Source of the DNA: Candidatus Woesearchaeota archaeon
Lineage (GTDB): Archaea > Nanobdellota > Nanobdellia > SCGC-AAA011-G17 > JACPIM01
NCBI GenBank assembly: GCA_964432435.1
Contig: CAYSNL010000001.1
Coordinates: 10,511-74,510, forward strand
Length of the DNA: 64,000 nucleotides
Direction: 5' to 3'
A program made the translations under genes and the position numbers. This document shows, piece after piece, positions 9,901 to 18,976 of this stretch (position 1 is its first letter; each line of letters starts with the position of its first letter). A model generated the notes under the pieces. The model was not told the DNA's origin and searched no databases. It saw only the letters and a program-made list of their open reading frames with translations.

Positions 9901-11241
9901 ATTGCAGCATTAGTAAATGCATTACAAATAACCGATGCTGGGACTGCCACTGGTTTTGAAGAAGATGGAACTGGTGGAAGACTATGGGAGTCTATAACTG
10001 CTGTAAAGGGGACATTTACAACTTCTTCAGCTACAGTACCTGCTGATACTGGACGGACTGAAGCAAATGATTATTTTAATGGCGACATAATTATACCAAT
10101 ATCAGGTGATGTTGTAAGACAAGCTAGAGTAATTGCTGATTTTGCTAATGCTGGAGGAGTATTCACATTAGATTCTGAACTCCCCTTTACAGCGGTTCCT
10201 GGACTAGTTGACTATGTAATAATACATTGGAAATATCCTTTAGTTCCAGCAGTTGATTCTGCTGCTAATACTACATCTCCTCATGTAGTTGGAAATAAAT
10301 CTGATACTATACCTGCAATGAACCTGGCTCCAGCAAATGATTCTATTGTACGTCAATTAAAAGCTATCTTAGAGAGAGTAGGGGCTACTCCAGCTGACCC
10401 AGACGATTCTATATTAACTAATGTTGGTCAAAGAGATGACACAGCTACTGCTGATTCATTGGCAGATGTAACAACTACATCAATTCAGGCCAAATTAAGA
10501 AGGCTCTTATTACGATTTTCTGCTGATGCATTCAGCTCTACTGTACAAGGAGTAGCTAGAACTGATGTAGAAAATATGATCCAGGGACTAGCTAACTATC
10601 TATCAGCTGCTGGAGCTGCATGGTCTGTAACCGCTAATCCTGGAGCAGCTGCTAGAGATAACCTTGAGCAGACACTAGAAGATTTTGCAGACATGTTAGC
10701 TGGAACTACTGGAATAGTAACATTTCCAGCTGCAGCAGTAGCTGCCAATGGTATCTCAATAGCAGAAGTTTTGAGACATGTAATGGAGGCTGTTGGAGAA
10801 GACACAGCTAATAACGCATTTGCTTCAACTCTTGTAGCTGAAAATGGTGATGGTTCTGCTCTAGAAAGACTTGAAGAAATAAGAGGTAGAACTGCAACTG
10901 GAACATTTACTCAAACAGCTGCTATGGGGACAACTGTAAACACAGTAACAGAAATATCTCCGATTAGGCATGGACAAATAGCAGTAGAATTAGATATAAA
11001 CACATTGATTGCAGCCGCTGAAGGCGGGACAGTAATTGTTAGACTATTAAATATGATTGATGGGGCTACTTTACGAATAATTGACAGGGTTGATTTTACA
11101 ATTGGCGGGGCTAATGAAGTTCATCCTACAGTGAGAGGATGGGTACAAGAGGGCACTACGACAGCCAGGATTACAATTCAATTGAACTCTGCTGTTACTG
11201 TCAATAGGGATATACCATGGAGAATAATTGAGAGTGCATAA
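6991..11241 (+). CDS. Giant tail fibre / receptor-binding-like protein (1416 aa) with three copies of an ~85-aa repeat module
   Basis: Repeated module GTFTTSSATVPADTGR-E-DNYWNG...AFQPR...FANAGGVFT-D...PFTAAPGLV-YVI...TNTTPAHV-GNK-D at about aa 676, 795 and 1010. C-terminal domain shared with the 11763-13133 product. Confidence 0.75.
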   Translation: MGTISWKTIFFPQFEPGGLHAVNTGVNSRSLDDFESYTSDGALQAIWSVTGGAGAVTRTTAANALQGQQSLQTVVAGATGTINRAINNNIFAFPAGGRIRYVSFRGIVTTGTSAIRIRLSDASDATLYKEWAFTLGTDVTREHVVDLYSAAAGYQNQEGYPGPIAEGATAWNPLLIDRIEFRNLADGSTYRFDDIRFYYQYSLLDAIGFGTEPATDDGADGSLNSKIRYLNNIVLQLIGSTDEYNKYGPAEVRLNNSYTWGLELKGMAEQGIPTTTEITPGNYTIDRVRNGTTTNIVASTGATEAAGFISATYTPLEDNWVLGDEIVVTFSGGRVDSDTDTAVTPTANIGLGATTIALANAALFQAGQRIRIYDDLTTEYNTVASVDSPTQITVTATANAYTAANNFRVVLVERNDLQTARFAGNVSHQPEITAELERWVLADYDDFDFADADGNNERWDTGYIANTDGSAAGAEGGTADINTSVAGQARVRVDPDATPTRSAYAIKRDETFRSRYYSVMVDADVTLNTTEATATYAGLRISAGDVDDPANYIIITREASSGFNRISAHAEFNNIAQTDVNFSTTDNAVAFKIERYGNVWNLFYSLTQYPNWVWTKLTQYEDANGDMTSVTSAYLYAESVGTTDTQIATGDFDNWKYYIGSGAIDQILSTLVLATGTFTTSSATVPADTGRLEGDNYWNGTLIIPTNGVAAFQPRTIVAFANAGGVFTIDPEAVFTVAPAVGDEYAIVAYQYPLEPGTDATSNSASAHVVGSKADTAQYDGTSTNSSLVRLLRAVHRGEILASGTLTLSDTTNPADAGRTEADNYWNGSWLMTTAGAVAFQPRLITDFQNATGTFNLDSQQPFTAAPGLVAYVILAPNSQLVPTADAATNTTPAHVIGNKSDAASVTAGSASIIARLRAIEAALSVNTSAGGEFELDGTPDLWDALVTDSSAQADITTLTGNRDAAVIQRIAALVNALQITDAGTATGFEEDGTGGRLWESITAVKGTFTTSSATVPADTGRTEANDYFNGDIIIPISGDVVRQARVIADFANAGGVFTLDSELPFTAVPGLVDYVIIHWKYPLVPAVDSAANTTSPHVVGNKSDTIPAMNLAPANDSIVRQLKAILERVGATPADPDDSILTNVGQRDDTATADSLADVTTTSIQAKLRRLLLRFSADAFSSTVQGVARTDVENMIQGLANYLSAAGAAWSVTANPGAAARDNLEQTLEDFADMLAGTTGIVTFPAAAVAANGISIAEVLRHVMEAVGEDTANNAFASTLVAENGDGSALERLEEIRGRTATGTFTQTAAMGTTVNTVTEISPIRHGQIAVELDINTLIAAAEGGTVIVRLLNMIDGATLRIIDRVDFTIGGANEVHPTVRGWVQEGTTTARITIQLNSAVTVNRDIPWRIIESA

Positions 11242-11244
11242 ACT

Positions 11245-11733
11245 ATGCCAGCATATTTACCAGTTACACTTGAGATAACATTAGATGATGACAATTCTAC
11301 TTTTCTTGTAAAGAGAGGAGGAAGACAGAGAAAGGTGGAGTATAATTCGGAGCAATTCGGTAAAGACATAATAAACTTATTTAAATTAGATGAATTAATA
11401 GTGCCATTGGAAGATGCAAAAATAATATTACAACGTTTTCTAGATTGGGTTAGCATATTAAAGTTTAAATATGGAGCAATAGCGGGCGTAGATTCAACTC
11501 GTAATGTAGTATTTAGTCAAATAAACGGTGAGGCAAGCATTTCTTTTAGTGCAACAAGAGATCTTTCTGTTTCGTATTCTAAAGACACAAATGAGATAAC
11601 ATTCCAAGAGGGAGACTCTCCAACACAGACATCTTTAGCTACAACATATAGAACAACTATAGAACTTCTAGACTGGATAAAACGTGATTTTAGAATTTGG
11701 TGGAATGCTTCTTTGCAAATTACAGTACAATGA
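11245..11733 (+). CDS. Hypothetical protein (possible fibre assembly factor)
   Basis: 162-aa ORF sandwiched between two paralogous fibre genes. Confidence 0.5.
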   Translation: MPAYLPVTLEITLDDDNSTFLVKRGGRQRKVEYNSEQFGKDIINLFKLDELIVPLEDAKIILQRFLDWVSILKFKYGAIAGVDSTRNVVFSQINGEASISFSATRDLSVSYSKDTNEITFQEGDSPTQTSLATTYRTTIELLDWIKRDFRIWWNASLQITVQ

Positions 11734-11762
11734 AGTCCATCATAGTGGAAGGACGGTAAAAA

Positions 11763-13133
11763 ATGGATTCTGAAGTAACAAGACAACTATCACTCCTTAA
11801 AAATAAAGGAGCATTAACTAATGGAGTACCAGTTAGTGAGACTTTCAATAACACTACTGACTCTATGGAGGCCATTGAAGATGATTTATTAGTCCCTTCG
11901 GCTGATTCTGCCACAAATACTAGAGCACGAGATGTAATTGGAAATAAGACAGATGCAGCAGTATCAGTAGCTTCTACAACTGCTAGTGCCATAGCTTATT
12001 TAAAGAGATTAATAACAAATTCAATTATAGCAACAGGTACGTTTACTACCTCTTCAGCAACTGTTCCTGCTGATACTGGTAGAACTGAAGCTAACGATTA
12101 TTGGAGAGGGAGTTGGCTTTTGCCATTGACCGGAGCAGTAGCTTTGCAGCCTAGATTAATAGTAGGATTTGCCAATGCTGGAGGAGTATTCACACTAGAC
12201 GCTGAAAATCCGCTTACAGCAGCCCCAGGATTAGTAACATATGCTATTTTACCTCCAGTATTTCCATTACAGCCTGCTGCTGATGCTACGACAAATACGA
12301 CAACTCCTCATACAGTAGGAAATAAGGCAGACACAGCTTCTTATTCTCGTAACTCAGCTAATTCATTGATGCGGTATTTGAAAGGTTTGCATACAATTGA
12401 GATTGTAGCTAACGGCACTTTTACTACTTCTTCTACAACAGTGCCCGCAGATACTGGCAGAGCTGAAGCTAATGATTATTGGAATGGTAGCTGGATTATT
12501 CCACTAACTGGTTCTGTAGCTCTCCAGCCGAGGTTAATTGTAGACTTTGCCAATGCTGGGGGTGTGTTTACTCTTGACTCCGATCAACCATTTTCTGCTG
12601 CGCCAGGATTAGTAACATATGTGATAGTATCCCCTAATTCTCAACTTGTCCCAGCAGCAGACTCTACTTCTAATCAAACTCCTGCTCATGTAATAGGAAA
12701 TAAGACAGATGCTTCTTCTAGTGGTGCAACAGCCTCTTTAATTGCTAGAATAAAAGAGTTAAGAGATCGAGAAGTTCCGACAGAAACAGGGGCAACATTC
12801 ACGTTTACAGTAGCAATGGGAACAACAGAAACTGATGTCATAGAGCTGTCACCTGGGACAACAATTTTAGAAATTATGTCTCTATATATGGATTTTGTTA
12901 ATGTTCAAGGAGATGCAAATACACCTACAGCGACTGTTAGAAAATATGAAAAAGTTGATGATGCAACATATCGAAGGGTTGATTCAATAACAGTTGCGCC
13001 AAGCAGCGATCCAGCAGTTGAATTCAAGTCATGGACAACTGGAAGAGACACTAAAATTACAGTTCAAATGTCTACGGCATTAAATGCTAATGCAGGAATT
13101 CCTCATTATCGTGTAGTTAGGACGGTAGCATAA
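11763..13133 (+). CDS. Tail fibre-like protein, paralog of the 1416-aa protein (two repeat modules plus shared C-terminal domain)
   Basis: Two further copies of the ~85-aa module (about nt 12040 and 12415) and a C-terminal ~110-aa domain similar to the end of the 6991-11241 product. Confidence 0.7.
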   Translation: MDSEVTRQLSLLKNKGALTNGVPVSETFNNTTDSMEAIEDDLLVPSADSATNTRARDVIGNKTDAAVSVASTTASAIAYLKRLITNSIIATGTFTTSSATVPADTGRTEANDYWRGSWLLPLTGAVALQPRLIVGFANAGGVFTLDAENPLTAAPGLVTYAILPPVFPLQPAADATTNTTTPHTVGNKADTASYSRNSANSLMRYLKGLHTIEIVANGTFTTSSTTVPADTGRAEANDYWNGSWIIPLTGSVALQPRLIVDFANAGGVFTLDSDQPFSAAPGLVTYVIVSPNSQLVPAADSTSNQTPAHVIGNKTDASSSGATASLIARIKELRDREVPTETGATFTFTVAMGTTETDVIELSPGTTILEIMSLYMDFVNVQGDANTPTATVRKYEKVDDATYRRVDSITVAPSSDPAVEFKSWTTGRDTKITVQMSTALNANAGIPHYRVVRTVA

Positions 13134-13134
13134 A

Positions 13135-14646
13135 ATGGCTATATTTGATAAATATAATCTTCCAACACAAATCAAAACAGTTGGCCCAGACAACGATGCA
13201 GATTTCAGCACTATTGGGGCTGCGCTAACAGCTATAACTGATAACACGACTACAAGACGTTATACAATCAAAGTTGCACCAGGTACATATACTGAAGCAG
13301 TGACTATCAAAGACTATGTAGATATTGAAGGGAGCGGGTCAACTACTGTTATAACCCAAGCTGATGCTACTGTTCTTACTCAGACAAATTCAACATTTTT
13401 ATCGAAGATTTCTAATTTAACAGTTCGAGTTTCAGGTGCTGGGGGTGGCACAATAAGTGCTGTTGCTGGGGGCGGGGGAGCTTGCTTATATGAAAATATA
13501 ATCTTTGAAAATACAAAATCAGCGGGGACAATGTGGGTAACAGATACTAATATAGCCTTGTCTAGTTTTGTAGACTGCCATATTTTGCATCAAGGGGCTG
13601 GCGGCACAACAAATGGGTATAGGGCAGCCTCTGGTAGAAGCATACGAATAGTAGGTGGACAAGCTATGGCTACAGGGGGAGATCCAAATATTGGATTTCA
13701 AGCTGATAGTAATGGCGGAATAATAGTAGTTGGGAGCAAATTGGATGCCTGGACTACTCCATTTAATCTTACTGGGGCAGGTTCTAGAAATATCGTAGCT
13801 TCTGGGTGCTCTTTTAGTGCAGGCTTTTCTTTTCCAAATGATCAAATTGCAGTTTATACAGGTAGATCTGATGCTTTATATGGTGATGGTTCTGATGGGG
13901 ATGTAACTATTGCAGCGCCAACAACATTAACTAGGAACATGTATTATAACACTTTAGTAGTTAATGCTGTAATTAGTACTGGTGGATATAGAATCTTTGT
14001 CAGAAACTTACTTAGTGGGACAAGTAGCGTAAATAGAAATGGGAATGCTGCATCTGGGGGAACTGAAGGAGCAGCTTTGGCTAATAGTGCTGGTGGGCTA
14101 GCTGGTGGGCTAGCTGGTGGGGCGGGTGGAATTTCTGGTGGAGCAGGAGCTAATGGATCCAACTTAGCCTCTGGACTTGGCGCTGCTGGTGGAAATGGGG
14201 GGGCAGCTACAGCAGGTGGGGGTGGTGGGACTGGAGGAACCTTTGCTGTGGCTGGAGGAGGGCGACCCAGAAGCTCTGCTCTTCTATTTGGGAGATATGC
14301 AGACCAAGATGAATGGAGAGGGGGAGCAGGTGGGGCAGGAGGTGGGGCTGATGGTAACACTGGTGGGGGAGGAGGAGGAGGTGCAGGTATATTATTTCTT
14401 GCGGCTAGGGAAATTTCTACAGCTTTAACGATTTCCGCTAATGGTGGGGCAGGTGCTAATGGTACTGGTGGAAATGCGGGAGGTGGGGGCGGAGGAGGCG
14501 GAGGTTATGTCGTAGTAATTTCGCAATTAATTAGTCAGTCAACTTTCACAGTTCAAGCTAATGGTGGCACAGCAGGGTCAGGAGCAGGGACTGGAGGAGC
14601 GGGGGTAGATGGGTCAGCTGGTGTAGCTATAATTATAAAGAGCTAG
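13135..14646 (+). CDS. Glycine-rich tail fibre/spike-like protein with beta-helix-like N-terminal half
   Basis: N-terminal NxT/G-rich beta-helix-like repeats. C-terminal half is long poly-Gly/Ala tracts (GGAGGAGG...); this produces a spurious Pro/Ala-rich minus-strand ORF. Confidence 0.65.
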   Translation: MAIFDKYNLPTQIKTVGPDNDADFSTIGAALTAITDNTTTRRYTIKVAPGTYTEAVTIKDYVDIEGSGSTTVITQADATVLTQTNSTFLSKISNLTVRVSGAGGGTISAVAGGGGACLYENIIFENTKSAGTMWVTDTNIALSSFVDCHILHQGAGGTTNGYRAASGRSIRIVGGQAMATGGDPNIGFQADSNGGIIVVGSKLDAWTTPFNLTGAGSRNIVASGCSFSAGFSFPNDQIAVYTGRSDALYGDGSDGDVTIAAPTTLTRNMYYNTLVVNAVISTGGYRIFVRNLLSGTSSVNRNGNAASGGTEGAALANSAGGLAGGLAGGAGGISGGAGANGSNLASGLGAAGGNGGAATAGGGGGTGGTFAVAGGGRPRSSALLFGRYADQDEWRGGAGGAGGGADGNTGGGGGGGAGILFLAAREISTALTISANGGAGANGTGGNAGGGGGGGGGYVVVISQLISQSTFTVQANGGTAGSGAGTGGAGVDGSAGVAIIIKS

Positions 14647-14655
14647 GAGGCTACA

Positions 14656-14916
14656 ATGATTAGGAAAGCGTATATTACAGAGTTTATTGATACTAAAAAT
14701 ATTGCCGAACGTAGTGTCGCTGAAGACAAGGCTTTATCTTATGGATGTACTGAGATTATCTTTGGGATTCCCCCTAGATATGAAAGACTGATTGTTACTA
14801 CTCCTGCTATTATTATAGAAAAAGGAGAAGAAATCTTATCTATTTTACAGGGTGGTTTTAAAGAGAGTGATGCCTTGGCTGAAATAGATAGATTAGAAAA
14901 GGATAATAATGACTAA
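14656..14916 (+). CDS. Hypothetical protein
   Basis: 86-aa ORF with GGAGG RBS directly upstream. Confidence 0.4.
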   Translation: MIRKAYITEFIDTKNIAERSVAEDKALSYGCTEIIFGIPPRYERLIVTTPAIIIEKGEEILSILQGGFKESDALAEIDRLEKDNND

Positions 14917-15091
14917 TTTGGAAGAAAAGCTACAGCAAGCTGTTAAAGATTCCGAAGAACTGCAAAGACAGCTTAGTCAAGTAATGCAAACTCAGAATAC
15001 TTTAACAGTGTTATTGGCTAAAAAACAAGGGGCAATTGAACTATTGCAAAGTATGATTAAAGAAGAAAAATTAAATAAGTCCGATGAGTAA
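14909..15091 (+). CDS. Small coiled-coil protein
   Basis: 60-aa ORF, heptad-like Q/L/E-rich; overlaps neighbours by a few nt. Confidence 0.35.
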   Translation: MTNLEEKLQQAVKDSEELQRQLSQVMQTQNTLTVLLAKKQGAIELLQSMIKEEKLNKSDE

Positions 15092-15308
15092 AACTGTTGT
15101 TTTAACTAATATTATAATCAATAATATATCTTTAAATTTTGATGGTCAAAATATTAATGCTGAAGTAGGGTATTATTTAGCATCTGATACAGACTTAAAA
15201 ATAGAAAAGCGATTCAGGTTTTCATTTATTTCAAATAATTATTTGAATCTGATAAATGAAGCAAAGATAAGTTTATTAAAAGACTTAAAAGAAAAAGAAA
15301 ATATATAA
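15084..15308 (+). CDS. Hypothetical small protein
   Basis: 74-aa ORF, Asn/Ile-rich. Confidence 0.35.
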   Translation: MSKTVVLTNIIINNISLNFDGQNINAEVGYYLASDTDLKIEKRFRFSFISNNYLNLINEAKISLLKDLKEKENI

Positions 15309-15333
15309 AAAATGATCTCTGGCTGAAATACAA

Positions 15334-17415
15334 ATGCATAAGGGATTACAATATTCTCAAAAATATAGTGATGTTAGAAATCTAGTAACAGTGGGAGTTG
15401 GAGGAGAATTTCCTACAGTCACTAGAGCTTTAGGTAGTATATCTGCCTCATCTACTAGTAGATTTACCATACAAGTAATTGGTCGGATTACAGACAACGT
15501 AACAATTCCCAGCAATGTTGATATTGTGGGTCTGGGAGCCTACGCTTCACAAATTGTATCAGGGACAAATGCAACTGCTGTTATTACAACTGGTACTTCA
15601 GCCACAAATTGCAGCATAAATAATTTAGGATTAGTAGCTGGGACAGGGGCTACAGATTTTGCATCAAATGTTTCTGTTTCTGGGGGAGCTATCCTAGATA
15701 TTAGAGATTGTGTATTAACTGCTCAATATACATATACTAGTCAAGCTGATGATGGAGGCAGAGCTTTTTTTACATCAGGGTCTGATGCGTTATTAAGAGC
15801 CTATAATTGCCGAATTGATGGGGTTCAAGTAGGGGCATGGAACAACTCTTTTAATCCATCTGCAAATACTGTTACTGTACAATATTTATATAGTTGTCTA
15901 TTTGATAGAATAGGGTCCATGATAATTCACAATGCAAGTGATGGGAGAATGCAGGCTCATGATTGCTCATTTGGGTCATACAATGATGGGGCATGGGCTT
16001 CCCCGAACAGTCTTGCAGTTGTTTTAAGAGGGACTAGTGGGACGTGCGGGGATGTTTTTCTGACTCATACTAGAAGACTACAATTAAGTAGTGATGTTCC
16101 CAGAATTTTAAACGTACAAGTTGGAGTTAGTAGTAGCACAGCTAGATATTTCAGCTTTAATGATGAGACTATGGCTGAAATTACATTACAGAGCAGTAAT
16201 GCTTCTGCATATGTCATGGATGAGTATGAATTTATGTCTGGAGCTGGAAATCCTACACTACCAGTAGCTATTTATAGTGACATAGCAGGCAGTGGCTCCG
16301 AAACAGAAAGTGGACTATATCGTCTAGCAAATAAGGATGATGCTTCTACTATGCCAGCGGAAGCGATTTGGGTGTTTACTGTTTCAGGAGGGGCTACCCA
16401 AAGCACAGGGTATTTTGCAAGGCGTGGCCTAATGTATTTAGGAAATCCCTCTGGCTCTGGAGTTCAAGAAAGCGGAAACATATATGTAGGGGCAAGTGGG
16501 GTATTGGTGTGGTCTAAGCCCAGAGCAGGAATAATCCAAAAACTGGGAAGACAGCGTCAAGGTGCTGCCGGGATATTACAAATAGAATTAGAACAAGTAG
16601 AGCTAGACAAATATCGTTTTACTTGGGACTCTGCTGGAACTCCCGCGCAGAGCCAAGTTGCATTAATAAATACTGCCAGATTTGCCGGGATTATACAGCC
16701 TGCTGGGACTGGCAATGAAATAAACCCAAGAGTTATTCTAGCCAATGGACTGGTAGAGAGACTGCCTGCCAATGCCTTAAAAAATGGGGCTTCAACTACT
16801 AGCTCTAGGGCAGCAGCTCAAGCAACAGACGGCACTACATTTACATTTTTAAATTCTACTTCCCCCACTGTTAGATGGTATTTTGGGCATGGCAAACCAT
16901 TTGCTGGAATTGACGTTGATCTAACTATTGCTGGCTCATATGGAGCGTTGACTTGGGAATATTGGAACGGGTCTTCGTGGGCTACTCTAACAGAAACTAT
17001 CGGATATGGATTTGCTGCTGATGGGACTACTAGATGGGATGAACCAGCAAATTGGGTAGCTAAAGTGCTAGCAACTAGCGATGAAACAGAATGGGGTGCC
17101 GGAGTGCCGACAGTTGTAGCAAATATTAGACTGTATTGGATACGAATTGGTGCGGCGGCGGTAACGACCAATCCCACCATTGATAGAATGTCTGCTCGGG
17201 GCAAAGCTGTAATTGCAAAGCCTGGAGATGTAACAGAAGTATTAGTAGATACAAGCGATGTAGCCCCAGGAGATATTTTAGTGACTTCCTCAATTACTGC
17301 TGGGAGGGCAATGACAAACAATGCTCAAACAGACGCAAAGAGAATATTAGGAGTAGCATTAGAAGCAAAAACTGGGGGAGCAAACGGAGTAGTTTTGGCG
17401 GAGGTTTTAGCATAA
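15334..17415 (+). CDS. Tail spike/fibre-like protein with beta-helix-like region and a shared ~110-aa domain
   Basis: 693 aa; NxT/G-rich repeats. Domain (FTFLN...WEYWNGSSWATL...RLYWIRIG...NPTIDRM) also present in the next gene and in the 1011-aa protein. Confidence 0.65.
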   Translation: MHKGLQYSQKYSDVRNLVTVGVGGEFPTVTRALGSISASSTSRFTIQVIGRITDNVTIPSNVDIVGLGAYASQIVSGTNATAVITTGTSATNCSINNLGLVAGTGATDFASNVSVSGGAILDIRDCVLTAQYTYTSQADDGGRAFFTSGSDALLRAYNCRIDGVQVGAWNNSFNPSANTVTVQYLYSCLFDRIGSMIIHNASDGRMQAHDCSFGSYNDGAWASPNSLAVVLRGTSGTCGDVFLTHTRRLQLSSDVPRILNVQVGVSSSTARYFSFNDETMAEITLQSSNASAYVMDEYEFMSGAGNPTLPVAIYSDIAGSGSETESGLYRLANKDDASTMPAEAIWVFTVSGGATQSTGYFARRGLMYLGNPSGSGVQESGNIYVGASGVLVWSKPRAGIIQKLGRQRQGAAGILQIELEQVELDKYRFTWDSAGTPAQSQVALINTARFAGIIQPAGTGNEINPRVILANGLVERLPANALKNGASTTSSRAAAQATDGTTFTFLNSTSPTVRWYFGHGKPFAGIDVDLTIAGSYGALTWEYWNGSSWATLTETIGYGFAADGTTRWDEPANWVAKVLATSDETEWGAGVPTVVANIRLYWIRIGAAAVTTNPTIDRMSARGKAVIAKPGDVTEVLVDTSDVAPGDILVTSSITAGRAMTNNAQTDAKRILGVALEAKTGGANGVVLAEVLA

Positions 17416-17417
17416 AA

Positions 17418-18494
17418 ATGCCAAGTCATTTTTCAGCTTGCTGGGTCTTTGATGCTAGTGCAGCAGCATACATTAATAATACTGTAGAATCTTCAACTGT
17501 AGGCGGTACTGTATTTACAGTCTTTGACGCCACCGCTGATTATCTTTATCTCGGAAATGAGACTAGATTTGACTTATTTACTCTATCTATGACAACTTTT
17601 GGGAGTCTGGGAACAATTATTTATGAATATTATAATGGTACCGCATGGACTAGATTTTATCCTAGACACCAATATGACTTTACAATAAATGGTGGAAATC
17701 AATGGGAGAGACTATCAGGGTGGGCAACATTAGCTTTTTCTGGTACAGTGCCTCATGCTGCTACTCCTCCAGATACTACAGCTAGATTTTGGATTAGACT
17801 AAGTGTATCTAGTATTACGACTTCTCCGACTGTGCAAGAAATAGTAATGAGGCCATATGCTGCATATACTGTTCCTGGTGATGTAGCAACACTATTACAA
17901 ATTCCAGCATTTTCTTCTTCAACAACTCCTACATTAGCTACGATTGAAGATTTTATAAACCGTGCTCAAAGTACTATAGATTTTAAGACTAGGGCAAGCT
18001 GGAGACCAAATATTATATTTGATGAGGAGTATGACTTTGACATAAATGGGATCCCATTGCGAAAGTCACATGTTAGAGAAGTAACTAGACTCCAAGTATG
18101 GGACGGAGCTTCGTATCAGACTAGAACTCAAGGAAGAACAAGTGATTATTTTGTAGTTAATGATTTAGGACAAATTTATTTTTCTAGGTTCTTTTTGCTG
18201 CCCGCTAGAATAGTTGGAGGGGGGACCCCAATTTGGGTATGGGGCTTGGGAGAATACAACTATCCAGTTAGAGTTAGCTATATACACGGAAGAGATTATG
18301 ATAGAGATGAGCAAGCTCAAATAATTTGGAATATAGCCACAAAACTTGCTGCCATTGATGTATATACATCACATGATTATTCAGTCTTAGCTGTATCTGG
18401 TTCAGACAGAGTAACATTAGATAGAAAAATAGAAAGCTGGAGAATTGAGACAGACGAAGAAATGGACCGCCTTCGCTCGTGGGATATTCTATAA
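17418..18494 (+). CDS. Virion protein carrying the same shared ~110-aa domain
   Basis: 358 aa; FTVFD...YEYYNGTAWTRF...RFWIRLSV...SPTVQEIVMRP aligns with the domain in 15334-17415. Confidence 0.6.
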   Translation: MPSHFSACWVFDASAAAYINNTVESSTVGGTVFTVFDATADYLYLGNETRFDLFTLSMTTFGSLGTIIYEYYNGTAWTRFYPRHQYDFTINGGNQWERLSGWATLAFSGTVPHAATPPDTTARFWIRLSVSSITTSPTVQEIVMRPYAAYTVPGDVATLLQIPAFSSSTTPTLATIEDFINRAQSTIDFKTRASWRPNIIFDEEYDFDINGIPLRKSHVREVTRLQVWDGASYQTRTQGRTSDYFVVNDLGQIYFSRFFLLPARIVGGGTPIWVWGLGEYNYPVRVSYIHGRDYDRDEQAQIIWNIATKLAAIDVYTSHDYSVLAVSGSDRVTLDRKIESWRIETDEEMDRLRSWDIL

Positions 18495-18944
18495 ATGCCA
18501 AATGAAGTTCTTCCAACTCAGTTAATCAAGAATCTTCTTTCTAATAACTGGAATACTCAAGGAGGCCTTGCCCCTACTCCGACATTCAGAGATGTTGGAG
18601 AGCCTGGTCAGGCAATACGCGTAGACATGAGGCCAGGAGACCAGATTATAATTCGAATGGATATAACAGGAACCGCTGAAGAGCCCATTGGAAATTGGAC
18701 CTATGGGAATCGCTATGTAGATATTGAATTAAAATTTTATACTATGACTAGTAGACAAAGACTACACAATTTAATGCAAGAAGCCAGAAGAGTCTGCCAT
18801 TCTAATATGCATGCTGCTGGAATTAATCCTTTTCACAGATTAAGATACAAGAACTTTGCAGAATTAACTCAGGAGCAAGCAAATATTTGGGAAGGGCGCA
18901 TGACGGTTCGTCTAGAAAGTTTTGGAATACTTCTGGAAGTCTAA
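18495..18944 (+). CDS. Hypothetical virion protein
   Basis: 149-aa ORF; ATG overlaps the preceding stop. Confidence 0.5.
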   Translation: MPNEVLPTQLIKNLLSNNWNTQGGLAPTPTFRDVGEPGQAIRVDMRPGDQIIIRMDITGTAEEPIGNWTYGNRYVDIELKFYTMTSRQRLHNLMQEARRVCHSNMHAAGINPFHRLRYKNFAELTQEQANIWEGRMTVRLESFGILLEV

Positions 18945-18976
18945 TAAGTTATAATATAAAAATGGAGATATAATAT

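Noticed and set aside
9000-12720. Possibility that the regular repeats are a CRISPR array
   Set aside because: Units are ~255 nt, in-frame protein-coding, imperfect and without interspersed unique spacers. They are protein domain repeats.
13944-14360. 138-aa Pro/Ala-rich ORF on the minus strand
   Set aside because: It is the reverse complement of the GGN-rich coding region of the Gly-rich protein gene (13135-14646). It lies wholly inside that gene and has no independent signals.
13135-14646. Collagen-like interpretation of the Gly-rich protein
   Set aside because: Glycines are in runs (GGxGG, GGGGG) rather than strict G-X-Y triplet periodicity.
16818-17321. 167-aa minus-strand ORF, and similar minus-strand ORFs (e.g. 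36637-36951, 59034-59405, 52819-53157)
   Set aside because: All are embedded in strong + strand genes with recognisable protein families. The whole window is transcribed in one direction; they are treated as shadow ORFs.
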